A stretch of DNA of 64,000 bases from Curvularia clavata (lineage: Eukaryota): the NCBI GenBank assembly GCA_023920165.1, contig CP089281.1, positions 1,488,001 to 1,552,000 on the forward strand, read 5' to 3'. The notes beneath the pieces were generated by a model, which worked only from the letters and a program-made list of their open reading frames with translations, was not told the DNA's origin and ran no database searches. Position numbers and translations under genes: made by a program. How positions within the stretch are numbered: position 1 is the first letter of the stretch; each line of letters starts with the position of its first letter. Below are positions 23,966 through 37,938 of this stretch, one piece after another.

Positions 23966-25166
23966 GCAAAGAGACATAATGGCGATTCTTTTATTTTTAG
24001 TACAGCGCCCGAAGCGCGACCTGGATGACGGAACTTTTCGATCCCGCGAGCGGACCCAACTGAGCAGTTTGGACAGCCCCGGCGCGTTTATGTAACACTT
24101 CTTGCGAGCTTTGTTTACCAGATTGCCGGACGAACTGCGATTGTCGATTTCTCAAGCATTTAACGGATATTTCAATTCAACCTCTTTTCTCTGCTCTCGG
24201 ATGCCTCATCTTCTCTTGGCGGTTTATTATTCTTACCTCGACAAGTTCTGGGCTCAAGTCTCAAAAAATGTTGGGAGTGCAGTACCATTCATAAGCAAAA
24301 ACGTTTGTGCTTAAGATATACTGGTTATCTCCTCGACAACACATATTGCCTGATAAAGCTGCACACGACCCAGTCATATCAACAGTCAGAGCTCGATAGT
24401 AGTTGAACATATAATAGTGGACTTCCGAAGACGTCCGAAAATAACATACTGTACACCAGCAACCACACTGCTGGGTTGCGGTGAAGGGTCACTGATAGAT
24501 GTTGATTGCATAAACGGACCGATCTAGACTTTTGTCCACGTCCTCGTCCCAGTCCGATCGGCATAAAGTCTAGAATGAATGACCACTAAACGGCCCGTAT
24601 AGTTGCTTATAGAAGTGCCGCGACATGCCTGTGGTGGACAGGGTGCACCGCGTATAGATATTTGGTGTTCTCAACAACTAGTCTGCCAAATCCAGTTTCG
24701 TACGATTGGATAGATGTAGTGCTAGCGCCACAGTCATTTGCTATAGCGCCGACCTCGGGTACTCGGCAGTTACACCATATCCCCGCCTCTAAAATGCCAA
24801 TATTACCAATAAAAAGATCACCTATAGATTGCCATGGATGACGATTGTACTAACGCATCTGTTCGGCACTACTATATAAGCGACTCGTTTCCGCATACCA
24901 CTTTTATATTCCGCTTTGTGTGCTAATCTGTTGCTCTTTGAGGTTGAGCTGTCCCACCACACCGCTAACCTTTACAAGAGACTCCAGTCTATCAAGAGAT
25001 ACGTGTGGAGTATTTGGATTTGAGACAGCTGTTGAGCAATGACCTAAGTCGGCATAGTCTTTTTGACTTGAAATACCATTCTACCTGTTCAAAGAGAAAA
25101 GGTCAGCAGGACCAAAAATAACAAAAAGCAAAAGACAACGAAAGAAGAATATCAAAACATACTCAG

Positions 25167-26807
25167 ATGACGTCCCACTCTGCAACAGACGAGAAAAACA
25201 TCAAAATCGATGACAAGGCCGTCTCACAAGAAGAATACAGTCGGCCTTCGTCTGCCTCTCAAAATGAAGAAGCCGTCGTCGAACCAAAGGTGGGACCAAC
25301 AAGAACCAACGACTTGACTCCAGATCAAGAAGCCCAGGCAGACGTCAGGTCTACATTTACAGCTGAATCTGGTATACCGCCAGCTCCTGATGGTGGACTG
25401 CACGCCTGGCTCAAAGTCTTTGGTGGCTTTTTGATTTACATTAACATCTGGTACGTGAATTCCCTTCACCACCGCTCTTACAACAACCAGCATCACTACA
25501 ATCCCAATGACATATCCACCCCCAACTTCCCAAACACCAGCCCACTAACACTCAACTCCTCAGGGGCTTCACTCTAACCTACGGAATCTTCCAAACCTAC
25601 TACCGCACCACTCTCCTTTCCTCGTCCTCTGCCTCGTCCATATCCTGGATCGGCACCGTGCAAGCCTGGCTCCTCATCGTCATCGGCGTACTCTCGGGTC
25701 CACTCTTCGACCTCGGCTACTTCCGCAGCATGCTCTTACTCGGCAACTTCCTCGTCGTGTTCGGCATCATGATGCTGTCCCTCTCCACCACCTACTGGCA
25801 AGTTTTCCTGAGCCAGGGCATCTGCATGGGACTTGGTGCAGGTCTACTCTACATACCCAGCCTAGCGATGGTGGGAGTCTGGTTCGATAAGAGGAGAAAT
25901 GTTGCCCTTGGCATTGTCATGAGTGGGATTGCAGTCGGAGCCGTGATTTATATCGTCATGTTTGATAGATTGCTCAAGAGCGCGTCTTTTCCATGGGCGA
26001 TCCGCGCAATAGGCTTTGTGGCGCTTGTTTGTGCGCTGCTGTCGATTCCGGCGCTGCTATCCGGGTCTGGATGGCTGAAGCGCCCGCGGAAGAGGCGTGT
26101 GCTGTTTGATAAGTCGGCGTTGAAAGATCGTCTGTTTCTTATCTTTACGGCCTGCTCGTTCGCTACGTTCCTGGGGTATAATGTACCGTACGTGTATATC
26201 CCCACGTATGCGCGAGAGAAGCTCGGGAGCGATGAGAGTACGGCAATGTATATGCTGGTTATGGCGATTGCGGGAAGCTTTTTTGGGCGGTTGGCTACGG
26301 GCATTATGGCGCATTATATTGGGCCGATTGTTACGTGGGCGTTTTGTACGCTGAGCAGTGGCATTCTGGCGCTGAGCTGGATGGCCATTACGGAGGAGAA
26401 GGGGTTTAGGGCTTTTAGTATTTTGTGGGGTACGCTTTCTCTCTTTTCTCTCTCTTTGAAATCTGCTTTTTGGATACGAAGTCCTACTATTCAATGGATC
26501 TCAGCACTGACAATGAACAGGCTTCTTCTCAGCAGGTCTGGTCACAGTCCCGTCTGCGGCTTTTGCAAGCATCACCCCGGACCTCTCTCGTTTAGGTACC
26601 AGGCTGGGTATGTCGTGGAGCGTAAGCAGTGTGGCTACGCTGATTGGTGCTCCGATTGGAGGTGCGTTGCTGTTGAAGAAAAATGGAGACACCAGCTTCG
26701 TCGGTGTGCAGGTGTGGAGCGGTGTTTTTCTGCTAATCGGGACATGTTTTATCCTTACGCTATGGACTCTGACCGTCAGGAAGCAGAATAGGGGATGGAA
26801 AGTATAA
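25167..26807 (+). CDS. MFS transporter, monocarboxylate porter (MCT/Mch) family
   Basis: PDGGLHAW motif. Introns 25451-25563 and 26430-26520 give WGFTLTYGIFQTYY, SWIGTVQ, WFDKRRNVALGIVMSG and multiple TM helices. TATA-like TATATAA near 24873. Confidence 0.9.
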
Positions 26808-27002
26808 GAGTCCGTCGGAAGTAAATGGAGGACAAATCAACGAGACAAAGAGTATGTAATTTATCTTTGTATTGAAATACTTCTATAGCTAGTTACAAAA
26901 TGATATCAAGCTTAATACGACTGAAGGGTATATGGCAGGAAAGGAGGTTAAAATATGCCCGGCTAGGAAGGAAATTTAAAACGCAACAAACTATCTAGCA
27001 TC

Positions 27003-29085
27003 TCAGATAGCATGAGGTTGAACCTCATTTTGCTTGTACCGCCACCACGTCTTCTCTCCTTCCTTGTCTCTCCCACTCTCCGACATCATCTCGTTACTCC
27101 ACACACTTCCACTGCCACTCCCCCTTGCAACAATGACGGTAGAGTTTCCAAGCGCACGCTCCACATCGCCTCCACCTGCACCGCTCGTCGCGCCAGCAAT
27201 ACCGCCTCTGTTGCGCCACTGGCTCGCCTGCAACTCATACACATCGTCGCGCTCCCCAGCCAATTCCTCCAGTCTCGCGCGCTTCGATTCGGGCACCAGA
27301 AAACTCGTCAACATCCCGAGGAACATGAACAGGGCGAAGATCTGCATGACGCCGTGAATCCAGGGCGTCGGGTTATCGTGTGTAGCCCCACGCTTGATCA
27401 TGGGCGCGAAGAAAACCTGCGCGAACACAGCGCCTAGTTTACCCATACCTGCGCTGAAGCCGTGCGCCGTGCTGCGTACTCTTGTGGGGAAGATCTCCGC
27501 GGGTGTGATGAACGTGGTGGCGTTCGGCCCGAAGTTGAAGAAGAACTGAGCGAGGACGTAGAGGGCGAGTAAGTGCTGCTTTGTAAGGTGTTGCCAGGCG
27601 AAGCCGAGGACGCAGAAGATAATGGTGAGAATACTGAAGCCGGCAATTTGGATGGTTTTGCGGCCGAGCTTGTCGACTGTGAAGACTGTGAGCCAGTAGC
27701 CTGGAAGGGCGCCTGCGCAAATTAGTACGATTTGGCCAATCGCGGTATGGCGAAGGTAGATGTAGAGGTTGTCACGTTGTGCGAAGCCCATGATGGCCAT
27801 GAGAGAGGCAGAGCTGAAACCTAAGCCATAAAACGCCAGGTCAAGGAAACTAGGTGTGCGCGGTTAGTAAGGCTTTAGGACAGAGTGGGATGACGGTACA
27901 TACAACCAAGACATTGCGGTCCCAAATATCCGGATAGCTTGACGTCTTTGGGAGAAGAAGCGAAATACTTCAAACAGAGACGGTCGGGGAGTTCTGTACT
28001 TGGCCATCTCGCTGCGAGCCTGTGCCTGAGTAACGGGATCGACCTCATTTCCTTCCTTGCCGTAGCGGTATTTTCTCGCATCCACCGAAGCCTTCTCAAC
28101 ATCGTATAGCACATCGAAAGTGTATCTCGGTGTCTCGGGCACCGTAAGACGGTAGTATAATGCGAACCACCCCGGGATGCCACCGAAGGCGATAATGATG
28201 CGCCACATCTTGTCTACATGCATTGCACAGTCCCCTACGCATTCGCCAACCCCCTTTGCCGTGACTAGGTGGTCTTTGTAAACGACAACGACAATGAGAG
28301 TAACCAATGCAGAAGCCAGCTGACCGAGGCCTTGCATCGCAAAGACGGCGGCAATAATGCCTCCTCGGTAGCGGGTACTGGCGAATTCTGCAGTGATGAC
28401 AGCACTGAGGGGATCTAGAGCAATGGTTAGAATCGTTCAGGGGATGCGAAAACAGAAAGAAATCAACTACGAATTGTACTTACAATCGCCGCCGACGCCA
28501 ATTCCCATAATCACACGATAAAAGATCAGGACACCAACAATGGATAGTGTCGAAGATTCTCCGCAAAGTGATTGCGCGAGAGTAGTGGCGATAATGATCA
28601 TGAGCTCCACGCCATACATTCTCTTTCGTCCGAGGAGATCGCCCAGGTATCCAAAGATGCATTGTCCGAAGATCGCTCCGGCAGATGTTGCAACTTTGAT
28701 GGCTGTGTCGGCATTGTGAGGCATGACACCACGATTCTCAGCATCTTGCCAGTACACGATGCCCAGCATTATCACTGCAAGATTGATTGCGAACAGCTGG
28801 AATATTGGTTAGTTTTCTAAAGCCTTACGTGGCTCTTCTAAACCTACACTGTAGGCATCTGTGAAGAAACCTATTCCTGTGACCACAGCCAGGCGTATGT
28901 GGTACCATCCGAACGGCGCTTTGTCGACCTCAGCAAGAGCCATGCGTCGACGCTCATTTGGGTCTGTGATGTGAGTCTAGCAGCCTCATCAGTAACGTCG
29001 TGATGTTGCAGTGTTGACCAGGACTTACATAGACCCCCGGAACATCCCGGTACGCCGCATTACCAGCACGCCCAAAAGACGGCAT
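27003..29085 (-). CDS. PHO84: Inorganic phosphate:H+ symporter (PHS family, Pho84-like)
   Basis: Introns 28977-29028, 28797-28847, 28415-28483 and 27850-27903 give DPNERRRMALAEVDKAPFGWYH, GIGFFTDAY, GVGGDYPLSAVITAEFA, PETPRYT and FFFNFGPNATTFITPAEIFPTRVRSTAHG. Confidence 0.93.
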
Positions 29086-29501
29086 GAGTGGCAATCCAAG
29101 CGAATACTTTGGTGAAAAGTTGACTTGGAAGATCAGAGGACGCTCATGAGAGGATGTGCAGTGCTAAAGACTGGATCAGGCTGGCCGATCCGGAGCTTAT
29201 GGACGTAATACGGTAGTGTTCGGCGGAGTGACTTTCACAAAAGATGGCAAAGCGAGTCAATAGATACAGAAGGTTTCAACATGCAGCTGCAGGGCCGATT
29301 TGCCTGTGCGAACGCCAGGTCTGCGCCGAGAGGCCGAGGCCCCGGGGGACAAGGAACCAGATGCCATGCTGCTGGATACCAATTGGTAGAGTCTCCGAGG
29401 GATTCCATCCATATTCGTAACAAAAGCCTTTCAGTAGGGCTGAGCAGTGAATGTTGTGCGGGAAGCCTCAAGGAGGCACACCAGACAGACACGCACGAGC
29501 T

Positions 29502-30253
29502 CACGTTGTGGCTTATGATTGGCTGCGCGCCATGGGACCTCGAACGACACCCATGCACGTTGCGATACCGACGGCACGCCCCATGTCCCCTTGAGCGAGC
29601 ATGTGCTTGGAAAATAGTAATGGAATGATGCATAGTGGGATGATGCAGGTCAATATCGGCGCCATGAACCATTGCGCTGGCGTGCTGTTGGCTTGACATT
29701 GGGATGACATGCCCATCAATCCTTGGGATGAAATGATCATCAAAGTTCAGAGCGTCCACGTGGGGAGTAAGCATTCTGCCTTGCCCTGAGTCGCAATCTA
29801 CCGTCCGCTCAGACACTCCCGGCTTATGTATGTGACACTTGGCCCAAAACGCATATTGGTGGCTTTGGAAATTCCACAACGGCTGCCGACTCAGGGACCA
29901 AACGTTTGAGCAAAGTGTCGGATGCCTATATGGCCTGACAGAGACAGCGACCCTGGTCTGATCTGATGGGCCATTTGTAGCGAGTTCAAGAAGTCTTGCG
30001 AACAAATGTGAGCGCTAGTAGTAGTTATTTAGCTCGAAAGATGGGATGAGAGCAAGGGAGCTCGAGAGCGCCCCCAAAGTCGAAGCTGGATTGGACAATC
30101 CGGGGCCAGGAGTGGGGGTCAAGTTTTTCCATCTCGCTGCAATACGGTGCTCCACGCGTCAGCGGCACAATGCAAATCTCGCTTCCTGTAAGTTTCGCAT
30201 CATCTCAGCTCTTCATGATGTGAGCGAAGCTCTGACCTAGAAGCATGCACGTG
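29502..30253. promoter_or_regulatory. Putative Pho4/NUC-1/PalcA E-box sites upstream of the phosphate transporter
   Basis: CACGTT at 29502-29507 and 29556-29561, CACGTGGG at 29757-29764, GCACGTG at 30247-30253, 0.4-1.2 kb upstream of the ATG. Confidence 0.55.
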
Positions 30254-30954
30254 TGCACCTTTCCCGTCTTGTTTTGAGGGATAATCTAAGCACACTTTAT
30301 GTTTTGTTTTTAGCACAACTCCGACTCTGCCTCAGTTATGCTCAACAGAATGACAGAAGGTGTCATTCAACAGCAGAGTTGGGACAAAGTTCTCAGTATA
30401 GTCTTGCACCTGTACGCTAGTGGTTGTAGGTGGTCCCTTACGCAACCTCTACTCGGAACGAAGCCAAAGCTCCTGAGGCCATAGTTAAATCCATAAGAGT
30501 TGTGTATGCTACGTGGAAGATACGGTCAGTATGTGATGCTGTCCTCGTGCTTCCCCAGTGTGGCTGGCGTAACTGCGTACACTATCGTCTCTGGCCCAGG
30601 CAAAATTCGAGTAACAAGATTGCCAAGGACAGTTACTAGGCTAAAATAACAGAAGAGACCATATGCTTTTTTCTTTGGATGTTGGAAGTGGCACTTTACA
30701 AAATGATGTTGGTGTTCGTGGTGTTGCACTCGCGCTGCTCACTGGTCGCGCTTTGAGACTAACCACGCTAAGCCAAAACAGACTAGTCTCACACAATGTT
30801 CGAAATTCGCTACCCGAGACTTCTCCAAAGCGCACGACAATTCGCGACAACACCACCCTCCGATACTAACAACAGCGTCACAAGGTGAGTCCTTCTGCCA
30901 TTCCGCTGCCGCCACCCAATCACTGACAATTATCGTAAACAGTCCCCAGCCAAA

Positions 30955-31467
<513 letters not shown>

Positions 31468-32000
31468 ACGAATCAACCATGAGAACGCGAACAGCGGAGG
31501 AGTAGAGGCGCGATGAAGGCCATTCGGAACGGGTGCATGATCGTAAAGCGGGGTTCTTCTACAAGCAAATGGTATTGCTCGGCATGGGGCGTTCTGTCAT
31601 CCCTCTCCCGGTTGCTTGTCCATCCTACATGACGAATGAGGGTGGCATCACCGTTTGAGCGTATAGCTCTGGAGGGCATAACTACGGAAAATTTTCATCA
31701 TGTTCTCTCGGAATGAAGTCTTGAAATGAAAGCATGAATCAAGCCAGCTGCTGTGTCAGAGCCTGCCGAGGCCATGTCGTTCACTGAGTGACTGGGAATA
31801 TGCAGAGATGCGTCCTCGACATACCAACACTGACGCAATTATACATTTGAACAAGGCTATCTTGAACGCAGCGGTACGATGCGCCTAGGTATGCACTGAC
31901 CAAACCAGACACGAATGCCACAAGCACCAACTATGACAACAATAACAACAATAACACCCAGGAAATGCGGACCGCATATGTACTCTTACTTGGAACCCAT

Positions 32001-34630
32001 TTAAAACCACCGCCTTTCCTCAAGCTTCTTCCACCACCTTCCCGTCTCTCCTTCCTCTCTCGGCCCCACAAACTCCAGTACCTGATCGCCCACGCCAATC
32101 CTAATATCCAGATCAAAAATATCACTTGCAATCCTCCTCTCCTCGTGTGTACCCAGACAAAAGCTTGCCCTAACCCTAACGCCACCCTTTCTCTCTTTCG
32201 CCAGCGGACTCAAATACGGTCCAATATCTCTCGCGACGCGGTACGCCAGTGCCGAAGGTGAGAACTTAGTCTTGAGCGCCACGGCCCAACGATTGAAGTC
32301 CTGGGGCCGTGGTGCAACGCGTGCATGGCCAAAGTGCGGGAAATGGCCTGGGTCAACGGGCTGGTCGGCCGTAGGTGAGGCTGGGGGTGTGACGACAGTC
32401 AGGGCGGTAGAAGATGGAGACCGCGTGTCGAGCCACGACTGGATGATTTCGGCGTCGCGGTACGAATCTTCGTGCCATGTGAGCAGCCAGAAGGAGAGGA
32501 CGAGTTGTTTGAGGTTGTCAAAGTAGCGGAGGCCGGTTAGGAGTGGGTTGGCGATGGGCGTTGGATGCGATAGAATTGGGCAGCCGGTGTAGCCGCAGAT
32601 CTTCAATTCTTCAATGGTAGAAGCGTGGTGGAGGGCGATGGTGTGGAGCAGGGGTGCTTGCGGCGGCCAGCCGTACGTGGGCTCAAAAGTGAAGTCTGAT
32701 GGTCGATGGAAGCCACGGCGATACGCAGCGAGCATGCCGTCTAGATCCTCGCTCTCAAGCCCGTAGAAGAAGTCAGAATCAGCCTGGCCGGGGTCGAGTG
32801 CTCGCAGTTGGTATCCTCTGGCGCCCCATGTGTTGCCTACTGGGAAGGATGCTCCTATCATGACAATCTTCTTCAGCGGACACCAGTGTAGGGCGCGAAG
32901 CAATTCCCGTTTCTCGTCTCGTGGTATACCGCCCTCTAGCTTCACCTGCTCTATTTTCCGCATGTAAGGCACAAACTCTGCGATAAATCTTCTTCGGCGT
33001 ATGCGTTCTTGCGACTGCTCCATTGCCCCAGATTTGTCGGTGACTGGTTCACCACGTGCGACGTGTTGAGCGTCGATACGGAGATCGGTGAGCATAGTAG
33101 CCAGATGTGCAACCAGCCGCTGAGATCGAGCCAGGACATCGACAGAGGGTTTGATGTGGCTATAAACCTTGTCCATGGGCCAGCCAAGACATTGAATCTT
33201 CAAGTGTGCCTCGAGAAATTCCAGAAAGGTGTCTTCTAACAGAAAAATACTATCCGGAAGCCTCGTGGTTGGCAGAACAGCATTTCGAATCTGTAGTGCG
33301 CGTAGATGTGGAAACCGCAGTTTACTCAGTTCCAGCAGGAAACGCTCAGAGTTAATGGGATGACTGGGGTATCTTTCTTGACACCGCCAGTGCACCCAGT
33401 CCAAGTTCAAGCTTGTGAGAGTAGAGGCTGAGCATCTGACCAGCCATTCCAATGAAGATTCGAGAGTAGGCGCCATGGGACCAGATGGAATGGAACTATA
33501 GCCCATTAGATTTGCTTGGACGTAATCGCTAATCTCCGGAAGCTCTTCCCATATAGCGTCATCGAAGGCTTTACCTTTTTCGACGCGTCTCTTTAGTGAA
33601 GATTGAGCGGCTTGAAAAGTGGGTTCCTCGTCACCTAATTGAACAGTGGTTCGGATGAATCCACCGGCACCATTGTGTATTGGGAAGTTTTGCTTCCCAC
33701 CTCTTGAGAGCTTGAACTCCATCGGCCCTAGGCGTCGCCGTTGCATTGGATTGAACATTTCGTTTCCCAGTCTACGTAGGCGGATGCTTTCCAGGCCGGT
33801 GGTCTTGCTTGGCAAAAGCCAGTACATATCCTCCTGTTGGAAGCAGCAGCATTCCAACCAAAGCTTGCGAAGCGGTACATTGCGTGGTCGATTTTCGTCG
33901 AGAAAACCGCCGACGAGCGCATTTGTAAGATTCCAGTGCCCATATACTATTCGCAGCGTGTGCACATTTGCCAAGTTACGGATCGCTAGTTTGACAAGCG
34001 CACGTAGCCGTTGGTCTTGAGAGAGATTATCGGCATCGAAGAGCATTCGCGGAAGTTCATTGAAGATGTTCGGGGTAGGCAAATGACAGCGATGTGTTAG
34101 AACTTGGACTTTTGACGCGATAGCGGGATTGCTACTCACATCAGTGAATGCGCCATATTTTCCAAGCCATACTTACGTCGCCAGTATATACAACTTCTGG
34201 ATTATGGGTGTATCGTCGTGCTCATCAAGTTCCCCACGTCCTCGGTCGGTGGAGATTTGTTCGTTCTCCTCGCCTACGTTCAGCTTCCATTGGTCGGACA
34301 GGCAGACATCATGCCAGAGAATATCGATGGCATATTGGTAAAGAGTTTGTGAGACCAAGGCAACATCTCTGAGCGTCGAAGTGTCGAGATAAGCAACTAT
34401 GAGCTGGAGCAGTTCGCTTGGCAATGATTGGAGCTCCGGAAAACATTAGCAGGGTTACAGATATTGGCGACTCATATAAACGACTTTGCACATGTGTAGA
34501 GAGTGGGGATAGTGCACATGCGGTACGGACTAGGCTCGAGTCAATGTAAAGTACATACAGAGAGAGGGCGACCTCCGTCGCTGGGCGGGATCTCAGAGCT
34601 TACGGCGACGTTCAGCGTTGGATGAGGCAT
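32001..34630 (-). CDS. F-box protein with LRR/RNI-like C-terminal region
   Basis: F-box LQSLPSELLQLIVAYLDTSTLRDVALVSQTLYQYAIDILW. Intron 34132-34176 joins the 712-aa ORF, which has LRR-like segments (LRKLWLE, LTSLNLD, LRALQIR). First exon 34630-34559 inferred with intron 34434-34558. Confidence 0.8.
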
Positions 34631-37600
34631 TATCGAGAGGCGCGATCAAGGCACATATTATAACATGTATATTAGGGTGCCCTATCGTATAAGACTGAGG
34701 GTTTTGAGTATCTGGTGTGTGAATTCATGAAGCCTAAGCGGCGACAAGCATCAGCGCCCACGGTGGGGCCTAGGCTAGCTAGTAGCCCCGCAGTCACACA
34801 TCCATGTACTTGCCACACAGACAAAGGATGCTGGACACCGTCCTTTGAGGCTTATACTGAGAGCCAGAATTCGAGATCCTTAATCTTCCGCAGCAGTTTC
34901 AGCTTGTGCTGCGTAAGGTTATCTGTGCATGTCGCCTTGTAAACATGCCCCGCCTCTATTTCAGCTGTATCATCCGCGCATCCCGACAAGGCTTACATCC
35001 TCGGGGCCCTACACAGCATCGTACCCATATGCCGGTAGATTGAACAAGCAAATCTTCAATGCCGAAAGCACAGGCGTATTCACAGAGTCTATCGGCACTT
35101 GAGCAGTGCGCTTTCTCGAATTTTTGAACCCATGTAACACGTGCTTCAACATGCGCACGTGTCTAAAAAGGAATGCTACGGTGCCAACTCATCAGCCTAT
35201 CTTGCCTACGACCTGCACTGGTTTTGCGTTGTATTATTCGCATGTGCTTGCATGAATAATCAACATTGCGATCCTGGGTTCGTTCACCGTTCAAACGGCG
35301 ATCTTTCCTTAAGCGTACCAAGTTATGTTATCAATATGAGAATCTGATGACGACACATTTCGAGCTGTGCTGGGAGTTTCTCAAGAAGTCTTTGGTACTC
35401 GTTTATGCAACTGACATTGCGGAGAATTCTACGTGCCCAGGTTTATAGAATTTGCTGTATGCTTGGGGTTTGAACATTGCTTAGTTCGAAGCTTTGGACA
35501 GGTAATCGCGGTCGGATCTGAATACGGCTTCTATTCTCGTACCGTTAGTAGGATCCAACCATGTGTTCTGGATTTTTGCTTCATGGTATACATGTATGCA
35601 ACTGGGTTGGGATGTGTTGTAGTAACTGAAGCGTGGTACAAAACTACAATCGACGTTGAAGTGGTGATTTACCTGGAAGGAAGCTGTGCATGATCGAAGC
35701 GATGGCGAACATCTGAGATATGTTGTATGAGATGCATTGGTACGACCTACATGGAGCATAGCCAACTGATACAGGAGTAAGATGGCTGACCATGCATCTT
35801 CGAACATTGGGAACAAGACCATCCACATGCAAGGCACTACAGAAGGAAGGGCCATCTTGACCATACCAGTCGCATCGCACATGAGGCTGTGTAACTTTTG
35901 TAGTACAGGGCTCCAGTAGAAACACGTAGCCGGTGACACGATCACATCAACACGTCCCGGAAGTACGGTTTTTGGGTTCCCAGTGGGGATTATGCCCGTA
36001 TTTCATCGGGCCTAAAAAGCACCCTGCTCGTGTATTCTCGATAAAAAGCTTTCTGGATAAGTTCTTTTTATAGATTTTCGAGGGCACAACTTTGGGAAGC
36101 GGGAAACGGTGAGTTTATCCGCCGATGTGCAACCGCTCTGCCTTGGTCTCAACTGCTGCTTATCTGGTTCACTTGCGAGCTGTGCAGCTAAGCCCAGACA
36201 ATTTTTCCAGCCCCCACGGCCGGGGCGCCTCCGGGATTTAGGAAGAGGAGTTTGGAACGTATGCACAAAAACTTGTCTGTGAGCGACTCACTGAAGCCCA
36301 AGCAAAAGACCTGACTTCAACACGGTGATGCAAGTGGCAGAGCACATGGCACGTTGCTTTTTTGCTAGGTATAATATGCTAGTATCTCTGCGTAGTGACG
36401 GAGACACGGGATGGCGTACGCGCCGACACGGCTTTAAGCAGGCAGCTGATATACATGTGAAAGGGCCGATATATCGTCGACGACGAAAGCGAAGAGGCGC
36501 TGAACAGAAAGCTGAGCGCCATATAAGATTGAAAAAGCATCTCGACCATGCAGTGTCTGGCTGACACATTCTCTTTAGCACTGACCAAGGCATCGTCTTT
36601 GCTGATGAGGGGGAGTTGGTAGACTGGACCCTTCACGGTGCCGGAAATATGACGGCTCAATAAGGTGAGCCACCATTGTTTCATTCCCAAGGATGCGGGG
36701 AATTTGCCAACTCCGTCAGTTGATATCGGCGTGAGGGGGGTTTGGGGTTGCCGACAAGGGCAGAGGGCTTTATCTTCTGCTGAGGGTGGCTAGGTCGGCT
36801 ACTGCAGCCTCAGGGTCCAGGCAAGACGAGATGACGCCACATGAGATACGTGTCGAACAGGAGTTTTTGGTGGGCAATCGGCGATAATAGTGTTGAGGGT
36901 ACAATACGAGCGTCGGAGAATGGACGTCGGCTCTCCACAAGCCTGTAGTCAGAGCAAGCGAGGCTGGCAGGGATTCGGGTTGCTAAGCGGCGATCGGGCC
37001 TGCGCCTACCGGCCGATCGCTGCGCCTTTCTGGCAGACCGGCCCAAAATAGATTAGCCCCTGTGGTCCACACCATGAGTATCAACCATCTTTTTGCAGCC
37101 AACTGTAACCCTTCATTGCCAACAGTGCTGACCTCCTTGCAACACTTGTGTTTTTCCCGTGCATGGACGGCCCTCCCAACTCAGCTGCCATCAGCTGGCG
37201 GCTGCCTGAACCCGCCTCACCGTCTAGCCAAGGCCATGGGCATGCATGCCTTTCACGCGTGCTGACTGCGTTCCAGCACGAGCATCAGGCATAGTCGAAT
37301 GTTCCAAAGATTGACCTGAGGCGTGAGCTGACTCCACTCGTGCTCGCAATCTGGAGAGCGGGTCGTCTTTCATGTCCATGGTAGGCTGTCGGTTCACCCG
37401 CAGCGCCGACATTGCGAGCATTAACCACAGCTACATACAGTGATCGCCGTGGCGCTTTCCCAGCAAGTACCTTTCTCGGCTTGCTTCTTGGACGCCTAGC
37501 CGCAACTGGAAATAGAGACTTTCCAACCGGTATGGCGCCAGCTATCTGTGGCCAGCACGCAGCCCAGCCAGCAAGCTTGGAAACCGCTGGCCTTTGCAGA

Positions 37601-37938
37601 CCAGTGCGATCTTGGAAAAAGCGGAGGCACCGATTGCAATCAAGGCAATTCAGCACGTTAGAGGCTATGATCCGCCCGTCTCGGCTCTGACACGCAGCAT
37701 TCTGCGGCCGTGCACAGCACGTTGGCTTTGAAACCCCCCTGCCCTGTGAAAGACGATTGTCGCCAGCAGGCTGACTATTGCCGGCTGTGATGGCATCCCA
37801 CTAAATTTGCCATGGCTTCTATATGTAGTACTGCATGCGCCCATCTCCTCTAGTAAGCCTGGACACCTCCTGTGCCTCCATATACAGGTAGCCACCCACC
37901 TGGAAGTGAACTCTCTTGATCACCTCCAGTCCGTCATC

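Noticed and set aside
29235..30005. 256-aa minus-strand ORF upstream of PHO84
   Set aside because: Non-ATG start, no motifs, atypical composition, and it overlaps the putative promoter E-boxes.
32168..32180. CCCTAACCCTAAC, two telomere-type repeats or a telomerase template-like string
   Set aside because: Lies inside the F-box CDS (antisense, encoding GVRVRA). Too short for an interstitial telomere and no supporting TER context.
35345..35414. TGATGA...CTGA spaced like a box C/D snoRNA
   Set aside because: Imperfect C box, no convincing terminal stem, and I could not identify an rRNA-complementary guide. It would need a snoscan/Infernal hit.
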